A DNA stretch of 63,676 bases, counting the filler. It is 5 parts of 5 records of this genome, joined end to end, with 100 filler letters (N's around TTAATTAATTAA, not from the genome) between each part and the next. Parts side by side here need not be neighbours in the genome. Positions count along the whole stretch, not along the records: positions 46,342 to 58,139 come from DRR378314_1910; positions 58,240 to 63,676 come from DRR378314_1915; 3 more parts are not named here. One strand, written 5' to 3'. A model generated the notes under the pieces. The model was not told the origin of the DNA. It ran no database searches and was given only the letters and a program-made list of their open reading frames with translations. Made by a program: the position numbers and the translations under genes. Positions 50,016 to 63,321 of the stretch are shown piece by piece; position 1 is the first letter of the stretch; each line of letters opens with the position of its first letter.

Positions 50016-53000
50016 TTACTTCCACGACCGCAGCTTGTTCGGCTGCTGCGGCTTGCACGCCTGCGACAGGTCTCCCGGCGAGAGCTCCTGCACAATAGCT
50101 GCACACGAGCGGGAATGAAACGAAGACGAGACAATAACGGCGAATAGCAGTGAGCGACAGCCAGCGCATACACGAACAAAAACTTTACGCGCTTGAAAAT
50201 TCACGCAACAATGGCGCGCGTTAATTAATTGGCGCTATAGCAACGCCAAAGCGGCGGAACACGCTCCTGGAGCACAGCAGATGCGCAACGCGGCTCCTTC
50301 CCCGTCCAGCGTGTAACTCCAACAGCGCATTCTGCGCTCCGAGACGCACCGGTATACTCGCGAAGAGGACACATGCTGCGATTTCCGCATGACTTCAGCG
50401 AGACAGGACGTCCATTATAACTGAGACGAACAAAGAATTCCTGGGCGATGCGCAGAAGGCAAAGGAGCCGCCGATGCGCACTGTGAGATGGGCTGGAACA
50501 CCTGCACGAGAACCTTGAATTGCGCATCAACCATCACACAGGAGGAGCGCTTCCAGTCCACGCACAGTCGCATCCAACATGCATACGCGCCGTTCTTCGG
50601 AGCCGGTAGCTCCAATGCGCTGCAACAGTCTGAAACTGAAACACTGGCCGACACGGCGCCTCTCTCGTGCGCTACTGCTCTGAGCAGTTCGGAGGGCGAC
50701 AAAGCGCGCGACTAACCCGGCGCACGTTCGCGCCCTGCTCCGGGCAACCACAAGCGACAACCGCTACGTTCATCACCGCCAAGTAACGTGCGCGAAGTAG
50801 CTGCTGCAGCCAAGTGGACGACGTTTGCTTCCCACAACGTACTCCCTGCTGATCTTCGAGGAGCTCGGTGATGAGATGCGACGCGTACGGTGGCCACTCG
50901 CCCGAGAATCCCTGCAGAGACGCACAAGCGCGCGACAGCGGAGCAGTGGCAACACGGACCAGCATGAGCGGGTAAAGCATGCGCGACGCAGCTGTCCTCA
51001 GATTCGCCACCCCTCCTGGTTTCCAAGGACCTAAACGCGCAAAAGAAATGCGGGTGCGCCTCAAGTGCCACAGTGCAGGACAACAACGTCCATTTTCGCC
51101 CACGGAAGCAACCCCCGTGCTATCAAACGACAATGCAGCTTGTGCTCTACGTTGCGTTGCGAACACTCGCTCGACCCCAGGTATGCACGACGCTGCGCAG
51201 CCGATCAACCAGGAAAGAAAACAACCCAGACAGGATCATGGCGTTCCGCTGACAGAACTATGTTCCTGCGATGTACGTAGATGCATTCGAGCAGACTCCA
51301 GCGCTGTCCAAAGCAACCTTGTGCGAGCAACCCACGGCCAGTCACAGGATACCACGCAACAAATATCGCAACATCCGTTTCAAAGCAGCCATCGCCTTCT
51401 TTCCTCCGGTCGCTTTCCTCGCTGCTCAGCAGAAACGTACCCCAAGAGCCACCAGAACAGCCGAAATCGAGCTATCATGCCCGGAAAACAGGTACATCAG
51501 GCGCGCGTCGCCCGACGCGGCTGCGTCCGTGAGGTACCCGAGCTGCTCGTTCAGGAACTCGCCAATCCCGAGCTTTCCCAAAAGGTTCCTCTCATAGCGC
51601 TGCACTCGCATACGGCGTCCATCCAGCATAGCCGACCGAATTCAAGAACAAAATAAGCCAACGCAAGAGCGATGAGACGCCCAAGAGGCACCTAAAAAAA
51701 AGTCCAAATACAGCAAGATAAGCCACGGCGCATACACACAAATGCGAGAAGAGCAGGACTCCACAGTGCTGACTGTGCCCCCCCCCCGGCGCCCCGTCTC
51801 GTACGCAACACGTCGCAACGAACCGGATCATGCGTCAAGTAGATGAGATTGTTGTACTCCTTGTCGAGACGAGCAATATGCGCAACCTCCAGGCAGCCGC
51901 GTTCACCACAGAGAGGAGGAAACTCGTGGCACGTTTGCGCGTGAAGACCATCCATGAAACTCCCTACGTCAGCGATTGTCGCATTCAGCAAAGTCTGCAC
52001 CATGGTGACGGCACCACGGGCGCAAACCAAGGCACGCGAAAGTGCACTGATGATAAGCTGCTGGTCACACAAGCAAACCAGAGCGCTGATGAAAAAGCAA
52101 AACCTTTACATCACGGCGCCACGGACCAACTGAGGTACAATCAACGGGCTGCCAAAGGCACTTTGCTCACGGGGCGCTCCAATACAACGGAGTCCCGCTC
52201 GCGTACACCCGCAGAAACACCAGATGAAAAGCGCGCGACGATTCTCTCTGCAATACGCCCGTTTGGATGTCACCACCGCAGGTCTATCGAAAAAATGCAC
52301 GCCAGCACCGCTTCTCCTCCATCACGCTGTTCACCAGCGCACCTCGACTTCGTCGATCAGCGCTCCCATGCGCTTCGTCCACGCCTGGAACGCAGGTTGA
52401 GCTTCCACATCCGCCTGCACCAAGCACAACACCACAGCACACACCGCATGGATACAGCCAATTCCAAGCGATCAACAAAGGAATCACATTGCGACGCCAG
52501 CGCTGTGATGCTTCAAGCAGCGCTCCACGCAAACGCCAACTCTCACAGTAGTGGCACGCGCGCAATTACAAAAGGTTGCCAGCGCATGAGGAAACCGATA
52601 CACAATAGCGATCAAGAACAAACTACAATCAATGTTTCCAACAGAACCGATTCACAGCCCATCATGCGAGCTACTACGAAACAATATATACTTTGGAAGC
52701 ATGCATATGCAGTTTGACCAAACGCCCAGCAGGTGCGCTTGAAACGCGTCCAACAAAGCCGCGGCAGCACCTACGCCGTGCGGAGAGCGAACAACAGCAA
52801 CCTCACAAACTCAAGCGCAGTCGCCTCAACAGCACACCAAGGCGATGCGGCAAGCTTGCAACGTCACCGCCCGCGAGGCAATTAACAGAAATGAACCCTT
52901 TCTTCCATCTTGCTCTAGCACGAAAAGCACACAGAGTACTTCCTTTCCTCTGAAAATGACCCATCCAAATGCCCTCTCCCACTCTCCCATAAAAAGTGGA

Positions 53001-55107
53001 CAGGGAAACTTGCACAGCAAACTTCCCGCAGGCCGATACAGTCGCAGCAGCAGCAAAATAGGCAGCCTGCAAACGCGCCGTGGCAATCAAGGCGAACACT
53101 TGTATCCATACTTCGTACCTGGAGCTCTCCAAGACGCGGGCAAAGACCCGTATTATACTGCATGTCGTCAACAGCATCAGGGAACAGGTCGATCGGGACG
53201 ACGCTGCGACGCTGCGCAGCAGGCCACAGAGCGCTCAACAGCGCCTCGGCGCTCTGCGTGGAAGCCGTATTTCCATTCCGAGCAAGACAATCGTTTAAAA
53301 AAAGCAGAACACAACCCGTAAGAACCAAAGCGACTGTTTCGTGGTGAACACAAACAATCACCAAGATATGCCCTCACTCTACCGTAACAGGCTAGACGGG
53401 GAGGCGGACTACACGCAACGCGCTCGTTGCAGCGCAGCAAAGCTGGCGACGTGCACTGCGATGAGCCAGCTCAGATACACCGAGACAAAGTAAAAGAAGA
53501 AGGAGCATGTGAGCCGGAGAAGCTTTCTCTGCAACTACGCGGCACTCATGACGGTTCCACGGATACTGGATCTTTGGCCGGTGTCGCGCTGCGCGCAGTG
53601 CCGCAGCGCCCACGATTCGGCACTTGCCAACACACCTGAATACAGCGCCACGAGTCCGACGACCGCACGTACAAGTGCTTCTCTTCCAACGCCGCCGGAA
53701 GAAACCCAAGTTTTTCGACGTAGACCCGGCGCAAGGCTTCACCAAGGCGATGATGCTGCGCCGCTCCACGCAACGTCAGCTGACCTGAAGGCGAAGCGCG
53801 CGTATAGTAAGGCAGGCAGAGCGACGGTGAGCAAACGCGCCGCCGAGCCCGCGAACCCACGTGGCGAGTGGGCCCGCCGCTGCAATAACCGGCGAGCTTG
53901 TGGAACCGCCTTCAACAACGCAATCTTCACGAAGATTCAAGCTCACTTCCATTCCATCGCATAGAAAGACATTGCTTGCAGCATGCCAGCGTGGGCCGGA
54001 CAGTGCGGAGGAAGAAAAAGAAAAAAAGGCCACTCCGAGCACGCCACACTCACCTCCGGCGCAGTTCCCATCAGTTCCGAGCGCACGCTGATACGACAGC
54101 TCGTACAGACGCCGTGGGTACTCGGCATGCTTGGCACGCATATCATCGTTTACCATGTATGATGTCAGATCACATTCCCACGTCGCCGTATCTGTAACGA
54201 AGCCCGTCGCGTTCGCCCGCAGGATGAGGTGCAGAGCAGCGGCGAGCGCTACGTGCCACCGCGCAACGCTTCGTGCCGAGGCGCCGCTGCCGCACACGTT
54301 TGCAACACAACGGAGTTGTGCGCAAGGACGCCACACTTCGACGGCACCACGCAGCTACATGACGGTGCGTGTCCTTGATTATACAGCTATCTATCTAGCA
54401 AGATAAAGCATATACACCCGAACGATGTCGGTGGAGCGGCCATCGAGAGAAGCAGCGAAGCTATACGAAGCAGCACGAACAAGCGGTGGGGAGACGCGCG
54501 CGAAAGGCACAGCAAGCGCCACGCACTGCGCACGCGTCTGCAACCTCGTGCCGCGACGACTGCGCCCGTACTGACGCTACCATATGAATGCGCAGGAAGA
54601 GTTCCGAGACAAGTATCTTCGCTCCACTGTCGCTATGCTCTAACAGGTACCGAGGAAGAAGAAATCGCGACGTAGTCATACCATTTTGACCAGGGATTGC
54701 GAAGACAGACAAAGGTGAGCGGTCACCGTGACGAGTTAGGATCTGTAACCGCGCAAAGCCAGCGCAACGGCGAATTGCCAACGAGTCAGCTTGCACATCC
54801 ACCACAAAATAAAAGGGAAGATGTGCTGCATAATAGAAAAAATGCAAAACTTTCTCGTCCATGCGCAACCTTGGAACGCAGATAGAAATTCCACATGGAA
54901 CTCTCAGCATACCGCTCGCGAGAGATCGGTTCAGGCGCGGATCGCGAGCAAAGGCCGCCGCAGACGCACCTGCACTTGCCGGACTGCGTATCCGGCAGGG
55001 GGCAGCGCCACCGTCGCACCAGCGTCGCAGTAAGGCAGCGGGTATCCATGAGCACATCTGAGGAACGCTGCGACAAGAAGAATTCCAAGCGAAACCGCAC
55101 GAGCCAT
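50016..55107 (-). CDS. Secreted/lysosomal histidine acid phosphatase (branch 2; ACP6/Cf60-like), multi-exon
   Basis: Signal peptide MARAVSLGILLVAAFLRCAHG, catalytic ILTRHGDRSP, GQLTLRGAAQHHRLGEALRRVY, YVRSSDSWRCIQ|SA, LFSGHDSSI, WPPYASHLITEL and FVRLSYNG. All the introns I traced are GT-AG. Confidence 0.92.
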
Positions 55108-55740
55108 CGCGAGATCGGATCCGTGTGCAGAATTGGCCGTGGTAGACGATGGGCAGGCTCCTTGTTCGCTGCGACGCATACGAACGAGCGCGCCAGAAGC
55201 AGCGCCGCGAGACCGAATGAATGGGCTGGGATACTAGGTCTGAATATTCGCGAGTCCCTCATGTTTGTGGTTGGGATTAGGGTTATGTATGATACGAATC
55301 CACCGCCGCGCTGCGGATCCTGGCTGCGCGGAGGCAACGGTCCCTCGCCCCTGCACTCTGCGGAGAGCGCGCAGCCCGTAGAATTCACAGCGAGCTTTCT
55401 GCAGGGAACTGACTTGTCGCGGAGAAGTATCGTAAGTGGCAGAAAGACGCGTTTATACCACGAAACATGCCATGATGTCCAGCAGAAGTGCAGCGTCGAG
55501 GCCGAGTGGATCAGGCTTTGGGAGAACGTTTGCTTCTCGGCGTGTTCTCGAGGTTGCGAAATAGCGGAAACCCTGCGTCGGGTGCTGCGCGCATAAACGT
55601 CCGCCCGAGGTGCTCTACCCGCGGTATGATGTGAAGCGAAACAAGTGGACCCTTTTCCCATTCGAAATGGAACATCGCAACACTCATTTCATTATCTGTG
55701 ATAATATGATTTTGTTTTATTTTCTGTTACTGAGCTCAGA

Positions 55741-58139
55741 ATGCAAGATACCGAGGAAGAAGCAGGAATCACCTTCTCCATCGATGATATCCTTGAGGAG
55801 TTCCGACGCGAGGCCGAGGTACTCCCCGGGGCGAGCGCAGGGAGGCACACGTATAGCACGCAACACCTTGGCACAAGGCACATAGGTTGCGCAACCCCGA
55901 AACACCGTTTTCACTATAGGACAGTCAATATCGATATGCAGGAGCTGCAAACAGCACGGCGTCTATAAGGGAAGCGAAAGGAAACGCTGTGGATGTTGGA
56001 AGACGAACAGCGGTGCCAACTCCAGTGACGGAATACTCCGCACCTGCATCACGGGATGGTGGACTTCGAGCCGATAGTGAGCGCTTCCCGTTTCCCACCC
56101 CGGAATCCTCTTCGTTGCGAAATCGGCATTCGTAACCCATATTTTTCCTTTGTATTTTGATTTTGCCGCAATCACAGAAACCGCTCGAGACACTGCGCAA
56201 TATAAGGGAATCTGTATGCAACACGAAAGAACGCTTAGTTGCTGCAGTTCGCAGCGCCGAATCTCCCGTCAAGCCGCGCACGGTCGAACGAGCGGGAGCA
56301 TCTTCAACTTTTCTTACCGAGGTCCGTCACTTGCTTGAACGTTCTAGATTCACGCCGAAATCGATGTGTTTACCTATACCTATCAGAAGAGGCCGCATTC
56401 ATTCCGTATTTTACCTAGGTGTGCGCTCCCAAGTCTCAACCCAAAGAGAAACAGTTCCCCACGCGACGCGCTTGCGGAAGACCAGTACGACGGAACAATG
56501 CACGTGCAATACCGCAGAGTGTGGTACAGGAATGCGCACATTTCTTGTATTCGCATATACGCGCAAACACATACGATCTTTCCCAAGCGTAGCAATTCGG
56601 AAAAGTGCCATCTCAATGCAACGAGCGCACCGCACCCCTGTTGCAAAACAGAAACGCGAAGACGAGATACCACGCCAGCCTTCCTCGCTTCCCTTTGCCT
56701 CGCCGTGCAATGCATGACAAACCCTGCACGCAAACTGCGTTCGCTTCTGTGCCTTGCGCTTTCACCCCTTCCTCCACCCAGGTTGAAATCGAGCCAAGCA
56801 CAAGCAATGCGCATCCGCACATTTCACCGAGTGTTGCAACATCCTCGGACACGCCGTCCTGGTTGTCCGTGGTCCGAGGGGCGAAAGCGCTTCTCGCGAC
56901 CTCGGCAGCAGCGGCACCGCAAGCCAAACTTCCCGCGAAAAAAGCCCGCTGGTCGCGGGCAATGGGGCGCCTTCGTGGTGGAGCTCCTGGAAGCCGAGAC
57001 GCACCGTCAAGCACCGCGGAACCCGCTGACCCGAACGCCAGCATTTACCACCCAGTTGCGCGCGTTCGACGATATAAATTCACCGGTCTCGCCCAGAATG
57101 GCGTGCAGGTAAGCGTAGAGCACAAGCTCCCTTCGCACATGGCGGTCAGATCCGCAAAGAGACCGGCTGCAAATGGCGTCGATCAACGACTTTCCCGGGA
57201 GGCAAGCGACACGCAAGAGCATGCACATACAGGAGGCGGCAAGAAAACCATTGGGGAAATTCTCGCCCTCTCGTACCTCTACACTCTTGCTATGCAAGTC
57301 ATACTATGAAGCTTAACGCAAAACGAAGCACTTCTACGCTGCACGCCGCACGTGCTCGACGTACGAGAATGGTCACGTCGTGTTGTTGCGCACCCAGGCG
57401 GCGGCATGAAACAGTTTTGCCCACTTCTTGACGCGTTCGGTCACAAAAACTGCAAAACAAACACAACAGTATCTGTTCCAAAGCAAACGTTTCCCGCATG
57501 TTGTACCGCCGCTTTTTTCCCTGCATTGTGCATTGCCAGCTTCTTCCGTTTGGACTCAAATGCATCCAGTTCCTTCCGCGGCTGATCTCCAAGACCGGGC
57601 CTTCCCAGCGGCACCACCGAGAGCTCTGGGACCGCATGTTCCCATCCGAGGCATCGCAACACGTCATAGCAGACGCCTTCTGGTGGTTCTTTATCAGCCA
57701 TTTCAATGATATGACGAAGAATGCGGCAGTTGATAAAGAGGCTTTATTGAATCGCATGGCGAAAAACTACGTAGATCTATTTCTCGCGCTGCCGAACGGT
57801 CCCAAAAAGGACGCCTTCCTGGAGTGCTATCCCGACGGTGCAGGGCAGGTAGTTGCAAATGTGTTCTTCGCTTCGTTTCCCAAATCGCGGTACGAATTCA
57901 CCGATACTTTTCTTCGCAAGATCTTACATACGATGAAGCTCTGGGTGATTGGCAGCTCACCAGGTACGGTGGCCTCTTTCTGCCATCTTGTTGCGTCAGT
58001 ACGTAGAAGCGATATGCAAGCTCATCACTATTGCACACGAACGCTTGCCCCGGTACATCCGCGTGGGAAATCCTCGCAACACGATTTGACCGGCGCTCCA
58101 AGAAATCAATAGAATTCGCCCGAATGTCGCACAGCTGTA
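55741..58139 (+). CDS. FAM227 (FWWh-domain) protein, multi-exon, 3'-truncated
   Basis: Exon at about 57571-57963: SEASQHVIADAFWWFFISHF...LLNRMAKNYVDLF...KDAFLECYPD...FFASFPKS...FTDTF...LWVIG, the FWWh signature. The start at 55741 is tentative. Confidence 0.8.
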
Positions 58140-58239
58140 NNNNNNNNNNNNNNNNNNNNNNNNNNNNNNNNNNNNNNNNNNNNTTAATTAATTAANNNNN
58201 NNNNNNNNNNNNNNNNNNNNNNNNNNNNNNNNNNNNNNN
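58140..58239. other. Artificial contig linker (eukaryote/bacterium junction)
   Basis: 44N + TTAATTAATTAA + 44N. Confidence 0.99.
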
Positions 58240-60089
58240 GCCGCCAACAAGGAATGCTCCATCTTCATCGCTTCCAGAACGGCCAGCCGGTCCCCCTTGC
58301 TGACCGGCTGGCCAACCTGCGCATCCACCGCCCGCACCAACCCCGGCATCGGTGCCTCGATCAAGTTACCGTCGCCCTGCATGCCCGCGGCACGATCCAG
58401 CGGATCAACCACATCAAAGGCCATACCATAGCCGTCAAATACGGTGACCACACCCTCGGTCACAGCGACATCCGCCGCTTTCTGCCCGCCAATAAACCAG
58501 CCCGCCGGACGGCGTTCCGCCGCAATCTCGACATCACCCACGGTCCAAAGCTGCGCATCCGGCCCCATGACGCGCACTTTAAGCGGATGCATCTCCTCAC
58601 CACGTGACAATGTGATCGACCGGCGCAAGGGCCGCCAAAGGGTAAAGCCCGAGTCTGCCGAAACCTCCAGCAGGCCCAGAGCCGCCATGCCTGCCAGCGC
58701 CACATGGCGCGGTTCAACTGCGGGCACCGCTGTCAAGGCATCAATGTCGCGTGCAATCAGCCCGGTGTCCACGTCGCCCTTGCCAAATCCCGCATGGCCC
58801 GCCAAAGCCCCCAGAAACGCCAGATTGGTCACCGTGCCGCCAACCTGACAGCCAGCCAGGGCCGCACGCAACTTGGCCAGCGCGATATCCCGCGTCGCCC
58901 CGTGTACAATCACCTTGGCAATCATCGGGTCATAAAACGGGCTGATTGTATCCCCCGCACGCACGCCTGAATCCGCCCGCGTCTGTGGCGTGAAGTGCAA
59001 ATGCGTCAATGTCCCCGTCGCCGGCAAAAAGCCCGCCGGCACGTCCTCGGCATAGAGCCGCGCCTCAAAGGCATGGCCGTCAATCTTCAATTCCTCCTGC
59101 GCCTTTGGCAAAGCTTCCCCCGCCGCCACGCGCAGCTGCCATTCCACCAGATCAACACCGGTAATCATCTCTGTCACCGGATGCTCAACCTGAAGGCGGG
59201 TGTTCATCTCCATGAAAAAAAATCCGTCCGACGATAAACCGTCCGATCCATCAACGATAAATTCAACCGTGCCCGCCCCAGCATAACCAATCGCCTCGGC
59301 AGCCTTTACCGCGGCGTCGCCCATCGCAGCACGCATTTCCTGCGTCATGCCCGGGGCCGGCGCTTCCTCAATCACCTTCTGATGACGCCGCTGCAGGGAA
59401 CAGTCACGTTCAAACAAATGCACCGCCTTGGTGCCATCGCCAAACACCTGCACCTCGATATGGCGCGGCTTGGCGACAAACTTCTCCACCAGAACATCCG
59501 CATTGCCAAAAGCCGTCTTTGCTTCTGACCTCGCCGACTCTAGTGCCGCCTGAAAGCCGCCAGCCGCCTCGACCAGCCGCATGCCCTTACCGCCGCCACC
59601 GGCCACCGCCTTGATCAACACCGGATACCCGATCTTGGCCGCTTCCTCTGCCAGCAATCCATCATCTTGATCCGCCCCGTGATACCCTGGCACCACCGGC
59701 ACGCCAGCCTCAATCATCAGGGCCTTGGCTGCGTCCTTCAAACCCATGGCGCGGATCGCCGATGCCGAGGGGCCGATAAACAACAGACCGGCCTTTTCCA
59801 CCGCCTCGACAAAATCGGGGTTCTCGGACAAAAACCCATACCCCGGATGGATCGCCTGCGCGCCACAGTCCAGCGCCGCCTGAATAATCACATCGCCGCG
59901 CAGGTAACTCTCTGCCGGGGCTGATCCCCCGATATGGACCGCCATATCCGCCATCGCCACATGTTTGGCCTGCGCATCCGCGTCCGAATAAACCGCCACA
60001 CAGCGCCCCCCCAGACTCTGCGCCGTTTCCATCACCCGACAGGCAATCTCGCCCCGGTTCGCAATCAGGATTGTATCAAACATGGACAC
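58240..60089 (-). CDS. mccA: Methylcrotonyl-CoA carboxylase alpha (biotin carboxylase + biotinyl domain), 3'-truncated
   Basis: Intronless ORF with ILIANRGEIA, IHPGYGFLSEN, RDCSLQRRHQK, EMNTRLQVEHPVTE and biotin site EAMKM. Start is GTG 60089 or ATG 60083, with a GAGG RBS upstream. Confidence 0.93.
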
Positions 60090-60109
60090 CCAAACCTCTC
60101 ATCTCTCAA

Positions 60110-60155
60110 TTTCATCTTGCCCTTAAGCTCCGGAGGTCCGGAGGCAGAGCCTCCG
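60110..60155. repeat. Intergenic REP-like palindromic element / hairpin
   Basis: TTTCATCTTGCCCTTAAGCTCCGGAGGTCCGGAGGCAGAGCCTCCG. Perfect 7-bp stem CGGAGGC-AGA-GCCTCCG at 60139-60155, with a duplicated TCCGGAGG. Confidence 0.6.
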
Positions 60156-60184
60156 AAATGTCCTGCCGGAACACCCAAGCACCA

Positions 60185-61789
60185 TCACATGCGGAACACG
60201 CCGAACTTCGTCTCTTCAATCGGTGCATTCAAAGACGCAGACAGGCTCAGCGCCAAGACATCCCGCGACTTGCGCGGATCAATGATCCCGTCATCCCACA
60301 ACCGCGCAGAGGCATAAAGCGGATGGCTCTGTTCCTCGAACATATCAATTGTCGGCTGTTTGAACTTGGCCTCTTCCTCGGCGGACCATGTCTCGCCCGC
60401 CCGCTCGATCGCATCGCGTTTCACCGTCGCCAGAACACCCGCCGCCTGCGGCCCGCCCATCACCGAAATCCGGCTGTTGGGCCACGTCCACAGGAACCTT
60501 GGCCGATAGGCCCGCCCCGCCATGCCATAGTTGCCAGCACCGAAGGAACCCCCAACAAGCATGGTAATCTTGGGCACATTGGTGCTCGCCACTGCCGTCA
60601 CCATCTTGGCCCCATGCCGCGCAATGCCTTCGTTCTCGTATTTGCGACCGACCATAAAGCCAGTGATATTCTGCAGGAACACCAATGGAATATTGCGCTG
60701 TGAGCACAGCTCTACAAAATGCGCGCCTTTCTGCGCCGCCTCGGAAAACAACACGCCGTTGTTGCCGATGATCCCAACAGGGCAGCCTTTGACATGGGCA
60801 AATCCGGTCACCAAGGTCTCGCCAAAACGGGCCTTGAACTCGTCGAACCGCGAGCCATCCACCAGCCGCGCAATCACTTCGCGGATGTCATAAGGGGTGC
60901 GCAGATCTGCCGGCACCACACCCAGCAATTCGGACGGGTCATAGGCCGGTTCTTCGGAAGCCTGCCATTGCACCGTTGCGGGTTTGGCGCGGTTCAACTG
61001 CCCCACGGCCCGGCGGGCCAAGGCCAACGCATGGGCGTCATCCTCAGCCAGATAATCCGCCACCCCAGACAGACGGGTGTGCACATCCCCGCCACCCAGA
61101 TCCTCGGCCGATACAACCTCCCCCGTCGCCGCTTTGACCAGCGGGGGGCCTGCTAGGAAAATCGTGCCCTGCTCTTTGACAATAATCGTCACATCCGACA
61201 TCGCAGGCACGTAAGCTCCGCCCGCCGTGCAAGACCCCATCACAACCGCAATCTGCGCAATGCCCTTGGCCGACATCCGCGCTTGATTATAGAAAATCGC
61301 GCCAAAGTGGTCGCGGTCAGGAAAGACCTCATCCTGCTGCGGCAGGTTCGCACCACCGGAATCCACCAGATAGACGCAGGGCAAATGGTTCGCTTCGGCA
61401 ATCTCCTGCGCGCGCAGGTGCTTTTTCACGGTCATCGGAAAATAGGTGCCGCCCTTTACGGTTGCATCATTGCACACCACCATCACTTCCTGACCCTGCA
61501 CCTGACCGATGCCTGCAATCACCCCTGCACAGGGGGCCGCATTGTCATAGAGCCCATGGGCCGCGGTTGCCCCGATCTCCAGAAACGGGCTTCCGGGATC
61601 CAGCAGGTTTGCGACCCTTTCGCGCGGCAACATCTTGCCCCGGCTTTCATGGCGGGCACGGGATTTCTCACCGCCGCCCAGAGCTGCCGCTTCGGCGGCC
61701 TGATGAACCACGTCAAGCGCCTCCAGATGGGCCGCTTCATTGGCCTTATAGGCTTCGGAAGACGGCAATGCCTGTGATGCTAGTTTCAT
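60185..61789 (-). CDS. mccB: Methylcrotonyl-CoA carboxylase beta (carboxyltransferase)
   Basis: 534 aa with [34 protein letters not shown] and [13 protein letters not shown] overlap with the upstream gene. Confidence 0.96.
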   Translation of the reverse strand: MKLASQALPSSEAYKANEAAHLEALDVVHQAAEAAALGGGEKSRARHESRGKMLPRERVANLLDPGSPFLEIGATAAHGLYDNAAPCAGVIAGIGQVQGQEVMVVCNDATVKGGTYFPMTVKKHLRAQEIAEANHLPCVYLVDSGGANLPQQDEVFPDRDHFGAIFYNQARMSAKGIAQIAVVMGSCTAGGAYVPAMSDVTIIVKEQGTIFLAGPPLVKAATGEVVSAEDLGGGDVHTRLSGVADYLAEDDAHALALARRAVGQLNRAKPATVQWQASEEPAYDPSELLGVVPADLRTPYDIREVIARLVDGSRFDEFKARFGETLVTGFAHVKGCPVGIIGNNGVLFSEAAQKGAHFVELCSQRNIPLVFLQNITGFMVGRKYENEGIARHGAKMVTAVASTNVPKITMLVGGSFGAGNYGMAGRAYRPRFLWTWPNSRISVMGGPQAAGVLATVKRDAIERAGETWSAEEEAKFKQPTIDMFEEQSHPLYASARLWDDGIIDPRKSRDVLALSLSASLNAPIEETKFGVFRM

Positions 61790-63315
61790 GTCTGTCCCTC
61801 AACTTCCCGCGCTGCACGCGCCTTCAATTCCCGCCGGATCACCTTGCCTGTCACCGTCATCGGCAGGGCATCCAGAAATTCGATTTCCCTTGGATAAGAA
61901 TAGCTTGCCAGCCGCTCCTTAACCCATGCCTGAAGCATCTCGGCAGTGACTTCCGCCCCCACCTTGCGCACCACATAGGCTTTCACAACTTCGGTACGCA
62001 ACGCATCAGGTTTGCCCACAACCCCGCAGGTGGCAACCTGCGGATGTGTCAGCAGGCAGTCCTCGATCTCTGCCGGTCCAATCCGGTAACCTGCCGAGGT
62101 GATCACGTCATCCTCGCGCCCAACAAAGCGCAGAAAATCACCCTCCCAGATGCCACGATCGCCGGTCAGCATCCAGTTGCCGCGATACTTCTGCGCCGTC
62201 TCATCCGGTCGCTGCCAATATCCCAACATCATCGAGGCGGAACCACGCCGCACGGCAATATCCCCCTCACCGTCGCTTTCCTGCCCCTGCGCGTCAAGCA
62301 CCGCCAGCTGATGCCCCGTGACCGCCTTGCCAATCGCACCCGGCATTGCCTTGAACGCTGCACCGCATGAGGAGGCAATCATATTGCATTCTGTCTGCCC
62401 GTAGAACTCATTGATCTCCAACCTAAAGGCCCGCCGCCCCCAGGCCAGCATTTCAGCGCCCAAAGGTTCACCGCCGCTGGCAACGGAGCGCAGCCCAGCC
62501 ACAGACACATCCGCCGCCTTTAACATCCGCAAGGCCGTGGGCGGGAAAAACACATTGCGTACGCCGCCACGTTTGATCACGTCACAACAGCCCTCGGGCG
62601 TGAATTTCGCCATGCGCGCGGCCACCACAGGCACGCCCAAGGCCAAGCCGGGCATCGCCACATCAAACAGCCCGCCGATCCATGCCCAATCCGCCGGGGT
62701 CCACAGGCAATCCTCCGGCTGTCCCAGAAAATCATGGCTCATTGAGACGCCGGGCAGATGGCCGGTCAACATTCGGTGGCCGTGCAGCGCGCCCTTGGGG
62801 CTGCCGGTGGTGCCAGAGGTATAGATCAGCACCGCCGGGTCATCGGGACCAGTGTCGGCAAATGGCACATCCGAACCGCCCACTCCCACCTGACCCGCAA
62901 TCCAGGCCTCGGCCGGATCACCCAGCAGCGCGGTGCCCTCCACATCGGTAAGAACCACCTCACATCCGGCGTCCGTCACCCGCGATGACAGCGCGTCGCG
63001 CTTGAAGAGCTTGAACAAAGGCACTGAAATCGCACCGATTTTCCAGATTGCCAAATGGGCCGCCGCGCACCATGGGGATTGCGACAGCAAAACCCCGACG
63101 CGATCCCCTGCCTGTACTTTCGCCAGCAATGCGCGCGCCAAACCATCGGTCATTTCTGCAAGCGCTGCGACACTGACATCGCGCCTGCCCTCACCCGTCA
63201 GATCGATGATCGCCGTCTGGGACGAAGGCCGCGCCAAACACTGCGCGGCCATGTTCAACCGCGCAGGTATTTCCCACGCCCCGTCGTCCAACACCCCCGG
63301 CAAAGATTGCGACAT
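61786..63315 (-). CDS. AMP-binding acyl-CoA synthetase
   Basis: 509 aa with ANL motifs [41 protein letters not shown] and [11 protein letters not shown]. Confidence 0.92.
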   Translation of the reverse strand: MSQSLPGVLDDGAWEIPARLNMAAQCLARPSSQTAIIDLTGEGRRDVSVAALAEMTDGLARALLAKVQAGDRVGVLLSQSPWCAAAHLAIWKIGAISVPLFKLFKRDALSSRVTDAGCEVVLTDVEGTALLGDPAEAWIAGQVGVGGSDVPFADTGPDDPAVLIYTSGTTGSPKGALHGHRMLTGHLPGVSMSHDFLGQPEDCLWTPADWAWIGGLFDVAMPGLALGVPVVAARMAKFTPEGCCDVIKRGGVRNVFFPPTALRMLKAADVSVAGLRSVASGGEPLGAEMLAWGRRAFRLEINEFYGQTECNMIASSCGAAFKAMPGAIGKAVTGHQLAVLDAQGQESDGEGDIAVRRGSASMMLGYWQRPDETAQKYRGNWMLTGDRGIWEGDFLRFVGREDDVITSAGYRIGPAEIEDCLLTHPQVATCGVVGKPDALRTEVVKAYVVRKVGAEVTAEMLQAWVKERLASYSYPREIEFLDALPMTVTGKVIRRELKARAAREVEGQT

Positions 63316-63321
63316 GTCCGG

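Noticed and set aside
50221..50230. TTAATTAATT resembling the linker core
   Set aside because: No flanking Ns; it lies within a phosphatase intron and is a chance match.
1..58139. Hundreds of overlapping short ORFs rich in Arg/Cys/Ala
   Set aside because: Expected from GC/CpG-rich intronic and antisense sequence with few stops; the real genes are spliced.
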